Shown: piece after piece, positions 15,426 to 20,000 of the stretch
Layout of the letters: every line of letters begins with the position of its first letter
How positions within the stretch are numbered: the first letter of the stretch is position 1
IMG/VR virus record: IMGVR_UViG_3300034073_004395
Origin: an uncultured virus (IMG/VR IMGVR_UViG_3300034073_004395)
Lineage: Duplodnaviria > Heunggongvirae > Uroviricota > Caudoviricetes
Direction: 5' to 3' (one strand)
Length of the DNA stretch: 20,000 nt
Made by a program: the position numbers and the translations under genes
Notes under the pieces: model-generated
The model's database searches: none
What the model saw: the letters and a program-made list of their open reading frames with translations, nothing else
Told to the model about the DNA's origin: nothing

Positions 15426-16373
15426 ATGTCGGCTTCTAATAGGGCATTCTGGGACTCGTGCCAAACCATTGCGCGAAAATGTGGTGCCCGCTATCCAGAG
15501 CTTGTTGCTGCGCAATGCTGCCTAGAAAGCGGCTTTGGCAAGCACACGTCTGGTAGGCATAATTACATCGGCGCAAAGGGCGAGGGTACAACTACTACCA
15601 CTCAAGAATTTTACGATGGCCAATGGGTGACAATCAAAGCAGGCTTTCTTGACTTTCCAAGTCTTGCTGCTTGCATTGAATATCTAGTGACGCGCTGGTA
15701 TAAAGACTATCGTCATTTCAAAGGCGTCAATAATGCGCCTAATCGTTACGCTGCAGCCCGCATGCTAAAAGAGCAAAGCTATGCAACGGATCCAGAGTAT
15801 CCTGCAAAGCTTTCTAAGCTCATGAAAGAATATGCTCCTGAATCTACGAAAATTACTATGATTGGCCCCAAGAAACGCCCGCATGATTTCGGCTTTAAGC
15901 CAGGCGACTATCATCTTGTCGTGAACGATGCAGTGGAAACCATGAAAGCTTTTTCCTATGAAGGAAAGCTTTTATGGGAAATTCCTTGTCTTGCTCGTGG
16001 GCAATATAGTGATTTTGAATGGCGCATCCAAAATAGCGATACGCCAGTAGGTGTGTACAAAGTAGGTACTATTTATCGAGATTATGACAGAGTGGGGGGC
16101 AAGCCTGCCTATGATCGCACGCTAATGTCTTACGGCTGGTACAGCTTTGACATGATTGATCTTGAGGGTCAAGAACGCAATAATGGCAGGGCGGGAATTA
16201 TGCTGCATGGCGGAGGTTCGGCGAATGGTTGGCCAGGTGCATGGGCTCCAAGGCAGCCTTTAGTGCCAACTCACGGTTGTTGCCGTGCGTTTAACATTGA
16301 TCTCCGCGACAAAGTTTTGCCGCTAGCAAATAAAGGATCTCTCTTCATTAGTGTCTATCAAGAAAGTCAGTGA
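15426..16373 (+). CDS. Endolysin: GH73 glucosaminidase fused to a YkuD/L,D-transpeptidase-like domain
   Basis: AQCCLESGFG, HNYIGAK and YATDPEYPAKL (GH73/FlgJ); SDTPVGVY, GIMLHGG and THGCCR (YkuD-like HxxxC motif). Confidence 0.8.
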   Translation: MSASNRAFWDSCQTIARKCGARYPELVAAQCCLESGFGKHTSGRHNYIGAKGEGTTTTTQEFYDGQWVTIKAGFLDFPSLAACIEYLVTRWYKDYRHFKGVNNAPNRYAAARMLKEQSYATDPEYPAKLSKLMKEYAPESTKITMIGPKKRPHDFGFKPGDYHLVVNDAVETMKAFSYEGKLLWEIPCLARGQYSDFEWRIQNSDTPVGVYKVGTIYRDYDRVGGKPAYDRTLMSYGWYSFDMIDLEGQERNNGRAGIMLHGGGSANGWPGAWAPRQPLVPTHGCCRAFNIDLRDKVLPLANKGSLFISVYQESQ

Positions 16374-16774
16374 CGCGCGAAAGCTGGTTATATGCTCTCT
16401 GCTATGAAGCGGGACTATGGGCCGTCACACGATGGCCCTCTCTTGCTTTTAATCCATGGTTCAAACGACTGATGAAGCATTGTCGTCCTGACTGGGCCGA
16501 ATGGAAAACCAAAATTGTCATGGAAACCGTTGACAAGCAAACGGCTTCGTTAGTGGCGCAATGGGAGCAAGAGGAAAGAGAAAACAAAGCCAACGCCCTC
16601 GCGTGGGAAGCTCACAAGCTTTTCCCTAAAGCAAAAATTACGTCCCTCCCCGATGCCATTGTTCCGTCTGTCCTCATTGAAACAGCCCCACCAGCGGGCG
16701 CCAGCGAGGCTGTAAAGGCGCTTGGAGGAGAGCTAAGGATTACATATCAGCTTCCCAATTCAGAAGCGCCCTAA
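16370..16774 (+). CDS. Hypothetical protein
   Basis: GTGA overlap with the endolysin stop. Confidence 0.6.
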   Translation: MTRESWLYALCYEAGLWAVTRWPSLAFNPWFKRLMKHCRPDWAEWKTKIVMETVDKQTASLVAQWEQEERENKANALAWEAHKLFPKAKITSLPDAIVPSVLIETAPPAGASEAVKALGGELRITYQLPNSEAP

Positions 16775-16943
16775 GGCGCTTCCATTTAGCAAGTTCCTTT
16801 TCGTGATAGTCTTCCCAGCTAGCAATAGCTTCGCTTAGTCCTTTAATGGCAACAGCAGGATCATCGTCAACGAGAAGCTCTTGGAGAGCGTCAGAAATGT
16901 GATCCACTTGCTGTTGATACCATTGATCCTTGAAGGAGTCCAT
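16740..16943 (-). CDS. Hypothetical protein (67 aa)
   Basis: ATG ORF, helical, downstream of a TAAACT -10-like box. Confidence 0.55.
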   Translation of the reverse strand: MDSFKDQWYQQQVDHISDALQELLVDDDPAVAIKGLSEAIASWEDYHEKELAKWKRLRALLNWEADM

Positions 16944-16978
16944 GAGAAAGGAAAAATGTCTTGCTTAGTTTAGGGCTA

Positions 16979-17839
16979 TCAAGCCCCTTCCAACGCTGCC
17001 ACCCTCGCCTCTAGAAGCGTTAGCCGATCAGTTGGCTCCCACCTGCCAGCACTGCTGCTCCATCCCAGCACGTCTCCATTATCTTTGCTGCCATTAGCCT
17101 CCACGTCATGCAAGTCTTGCAGGCGCCTACCGGTGTCCCAGCGAACAAAAATTACGCCATTATTCCCGGAGCTAATTACTGCAGCTACTGCCAGTTTTAA
17201 ATTAGGGGCATACGGCTCAACCTTGGTAAACCCACCAGGCACAGAAGGAGAGCACCAAAGAATGTCGCCTTCCAAATAAGCGCTCGTGTTGATTCCACGA
17301 ATCTTGCCAAATACAGTGACATAACCATCACTTGCTCCAGCAATTGCTTGGTCTGTTACGCCAAAAAATACATAACCTGGCAAACTCCCATCAGCTACCA
17401 TCGGAGCCACTTTTAATCTGCCACTTGCACCCAGCGTGCCAGCAAATCTAACAGCAGTTCCCTTGGGAATGGCCACTGTATTGCTCGCATTGCGGCATAG
17501 CACCATGGTCTCTTGACCAAGATAATTGCTCACTCCATTTTTGCCTAGCTCAAGAGTGCCTTCATCTACATTCCACGTAAGCTCGCCTTCTGCTGCTCCG
17601 TCTTCCGCAGCAGCAAGATCAAAGCGAAGCTTGTCAACAATGGGCTCGTCAGTCCATTCACTGTCATAATCTTGATCTGAGCTTTTAATAAGCACATCGT
17701 TTGTTTTGCCGCCAGGTGCCATGCCTGGTTGCCAAATTTCTAGCTTTGTCGGAGACAATGGAGAAGGAACAACAACTGCTCCGTCTTCTTCTTGAATTAC
17801 AACGTGCGATTGCTGCACGCTCACTGTCACTTGTGTCAT
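16979..17839 (-). CDS. Putative tail/structural protein
   Basis: Gly-rich beta protein (GELTWN...GTLEL, LQDLHDV...GDVLGW) in the tail gene block. Confidence 0.6.
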   Translation of the reverse strand: MTQVTVSVQQSHVVIQEEDGAVVVPSPLSPTKLEIWQPGMAPGGKTNDVLIKSSDQDYDSEWTDEPIVDKLRFDLAAAEDGAAEGELTWNVDEGTLELGKNGVSNYLGQETMVLCRNASNTVAIPKGTAVRFAGTLGASGRLKVAPMVADGSLPGYVFFGVTDQAIAGASDGYVTVFGKIRGINTSAYLEGDILWCSPSVPGGFTKVEPYAPNLKLAVAAVISSGNNGVIFVRWDTGRRLQDLHDVEANGSKDNGDVLGWSSSAGRWEPTDRLTLLEARVAALEGA

Positions 17840-18174
17840 CGTCCTGTCAGCCCAAGATTTAGAAAGGCATTGCCTTCAAGAAGATAAAACTTATCACCAC
17901 TTGGTTCTGTAATCAAAATATCGTATTGCCCCTGCTCACTAAGGCCGCTTGTCACGCTTGCTTCTAAACGCATTTTGAACATACCACTAGCTTGTGCTGT
18001 CCAAGGAAGATCAAAAGCAGCAAGCTTTGCAGTGCCCGTACGGTTCCACAACGTGCCACTGGCCGTGTAGCCGCTCATGTTTACTGGGGCGCCCGTGCTG
18101 TCTTTGTATTGCAAAGGCAGTTCAAAAGTGGCCCCTTGATGAATTGTGATATCGTATTTTCCTGGCTCTATCAT
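17836..18174 (-). CDS. Putative tail/baseplate-associated Ig-like protein
   Basis: YDITIHQGATF...G.PVNMSGYTA...YDIL...LLEG, a common phage tail-block pattern. ATG at 18174. Confidence 0.65.
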   Translation of the reverse strand: MIEPGKYDITIHQGATFELPLQYKDSTGAPVNMSGYTASGTLWNRTGTAKLAAFDLPWTAQASGMFKMRLEASVTSGLSEQGQYDILITEPSGDKFYLLEGNAFLNLGLTGR

Positions 18175-18205
18175 TTTGATAATGCTTTCTTCCCATTGTA
18201 AGCGC

Positions 18206-18231
18206 AAAAAGAAAGGGCCTTTCGGCCCTTT
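18206..18231 (-). terminator. Intrinsic terminator
   Basis: Minus strand reads AAAGGGCC-GAAA-GGCCCTTT-CTTTTT. Confidence 0.75.
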
Positions 18232-18233
18232 GC

Positions 18234-18371
18234 TTATTTGCCTTGTCCTTTGCGGAGCTTACGCCCGTGACTAGCCTTGCTGTTTTTGCCATTGCCCTGG
18301 CGAGTCGTTTTAGGCTTACCAGGCGTGAACAGTTTTTGTCCGCTGATGCCAATCTTTGATTTTGCCGCCAT
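18234..18371 (-). CDS. Small, highly basic protein (45 aa)
   Basis: MAAKSKIGISGQKLFTPGKPKTTRQGNGKNSKASHGRKLRKGQGK*; has its own -10-like box and terminator. Confidence 0.6.
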   Translation of the reverse strand: MAAKSKIGISGQKLFTPGKPKTTRQGNGKNSKASHGRKLRKGQGK

Positions 18372-18394
18372 GGAAGGACGATGAAAATAAAAGC

Positions 18395-18709
18395 TTAGCT
18401 AGCCCAAGGCAGACCAGTGCCAGTGGTGGGAGTTTTCTGCTGATCAATTTGTGCCTGGAGAGCGTCGCAAATTTCTTGCACCTTCTCCTCGCCAAACTTT
18501 TCCTTCACCCAATCAATGACAATTTCGGGCGTGAGGTCTGCATACGGAATCATTTCATCTTCATCGGGAGCCTCAAGTCCGAGACTACCATATGCCGACG
18601 AACGATAAGTACCATCAAAAGCTTCAATGGTATAGTGAACAGTATATACCGTACCGTCAGAAAGCTGACGTTCGAGCTGGGCAACGCCCCAAGTGAATTC
18701 AGTGGCCAT
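18395..18709 (-). CDS. Putative tail-fibre-associated/assembly protein
   Basis: FTWGVAQLER...VYTVHY...IPYADLT...VIDWV...GLPW, directly downstream of the tail fibre gene. Confidence 0.65.
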   Translation of the reverse strand: MATEFTWGVAQLERQLSDGTVYTVHYTIEAFDGTYRSSAYGSLGLEAPDEDEMIPYADLTPEIVIDWVKEKFGEEKVQEICDALQAQIDQQKTPTTGTGLPWAS

Positions 18710-18744
18710 GATCAATCAATTAGTCTTAGTTAGTTTAAGCGATG

Positions 18745-18777
18745 AAAAAGAAAAGGGACGGTGGAATGCCGCCCCTT
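18745..18777 (-). terminator. Intrinsic terminator
   Basis: Minus strand reads AAGGGGCGG-CATTCCA-CCGTCCCTT-TTCTTTTT. Confidence 0.6.
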
Positions 18778-18798
18778 GTTTTTAGTGAGTAGGACTAA

Positions 18799-20000
18799 TC
18801 AGCAAGCCATCAGAACGCAAGGCACGCAGTAGCTGCCATCCTCGTAAGTGCAGGTGACATGAGTTGAAGTCACTTTGGCGATGGTCTTGCTCCGCACGAT
18901 GTCATCGTCTTGGGGCTTGGCAGTGCCGTCACCAGCAGACATCAGCAGATCACCGCGCTGGACCGTGACGCCTTCGGCAATGCGGATGATGAAGTCACCT
19001 GTCATCGCGCAATAGAAGTCGTCGGTGTACGTGTCGTCATCATCGTCCCAGCCCTGGAAGACGCCCGATACGTTCGGGTCGCCTTCAACGTCGCTCACTT
19101 TCATGCGGTTGAGCTGTTCGTTATCTTCATCGCCCCAAACGCACATCTCATCGATGTTGCTGAGCACAGTGCCGCGCAGGATCTCAGTACGCTCATCACC
19201 ACCAGGGAGCTGAGACCAACGGGACAGGTGAGCACCATTGTAGCTGACGGCGGTACCGGAGACAGAGATACTACCTTCTTGAGTTCCGGCTTGCCGGAAG
19301 CTGACTAAATCACCGTCATCAGTGGTTCTATTTACATACAAACATGCAGAGGAATCTACGGATGTGTGGATAATGCCATTACTACCCAAGCCAAACCCAT
19401 TTGTTGTATTGTTAACTCCAACATTGGTTCGCGTTGTTTGACCAAACCACAGTGATCCATCGGCATTGATCCTCATCCGCTCTGTTGGGCTGCTCGCTCC
19501 GTCAGCGGTCGTCGAAAAGACAAGCCTGCCCGGCATGTCGTTGGTGCCGGGGGTCCCGTCTACTTGGCAAATAATTCTTGCCGCTGAAGTTGCGTAATCC
19601 GTGCCATCATCAGCAGCAAAATCGACAATGCCGATATTGTCGTTGTTTTGAACAATGGCAAACGAGCCAAGAGATGTCGATCTTGTTTTGGCTAAAGTTA
19701 ATGTTGCCGGATTGGTGTCATTGGTTGGTCTTATCGCAGAAATTCCTGCTGTCGCTGCTTGGATAGCCCAACTTGAAGATGAGCCGATTGTGTATGCACT
19801 AGACGTGCCAACTAACAACCTGCCGGAGCTGTCGATGCGGGCGTACTCGCTAGAGGCGCCTTTGAAGATTGCTCCTCCAGTAGATTCAATCCTAAATGCT
19901 TCAAAGTCAGAGCTAAAACGTCTTACATGGAATCCCAACGCAGTTGGCCAAGAAGAAGATTGGTCACTTTCAGCTATGGATCTAATTCGAGCGACAGTCC
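18799..20000 (-). CDS. Tail fibre protein, C-terminal part (5' end outside the window)
   Basis: The frame is open to the window edge. It has repeated RIDSSGRLLVGT / ERMRINADG fibre motifs and a C-terminal chaperone-like domain (GDLLMSAGDG). Confidence 0.8.
   Translation of the reverse strand, partial: TVARIRSIAESDQSSSWPTALGFHVRRFSSDFEAFRIESTGGAIFKGASSEYARIDSSGRLLVGTSSAYTIGSSSSWAIQAATAGISAIRPTNDTNPATLTLAKTRSTSLGSFAIVQNNDNIGIVDFAADDGTDYATSAARIICQVDGTPGTNDMPGRLVFSTTADGASSPTERMRINADGSLWFGQTTRTNVGVNNTTNGFGLGSNGIIHTSVDSSACLYVNRTTDDGDLVSFRQAGTQEGSISVSGTAVSYNGAHLSRWSQLPGGDERTEILRGTVLSNIDEMCVWGDEDNEQLNRMKVSDVEGDPNVSGVFQGWDDDDDTYTDDFYCAMTGDFIIRIAEGVTVQRGDLLMSAGDGTAKPQDDDIVRSKTIAKVTSTHVTCTYEDGSYCVPCVLMAC

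Overview
This window is 20 kb of a tailed dsDNA phage genome; gene content and style suggest a cyanophage-like virus, which is an inference. Left to right it holds small leftward ORFs and a putative terminase small subunit, then a Zn-finger/TOPRIM/SF4 primase-helicase. A rightward replication/recombination and nucleotide-metabolism block follows (RHH regulator, DUF1071/Sak3-like annealing protein, PD-(D/E)XK exonuclease, SSB-like protein, dCTP deaminase, ThyX, DUF3310). A lysis block and the end of a leftward tail-fibre block close the window. The standout is a cassette of about 1.5 kb (10570-12066) between dcd and a Vsr-like nuclease gene. It contains a solitary GGY-NN pentamer-repeat unit, an HNH gene, a stand-alone ~199-aa RAMP/Cas7-like gene, a near-consensus sigma70 promoter, and five non-coding units. 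Each unit is a GGYCRGN leader, 9-12 in-phase pentamers (a conserved GGY-like triplet plus a variable dinucleotide) and a covarying 3' hairpin. This looks like a non-CRISPR, phage-encoded RNA-guided system whose targeting information lies in the interleaved dinucleotides. All calls are by eye; no searches were run.
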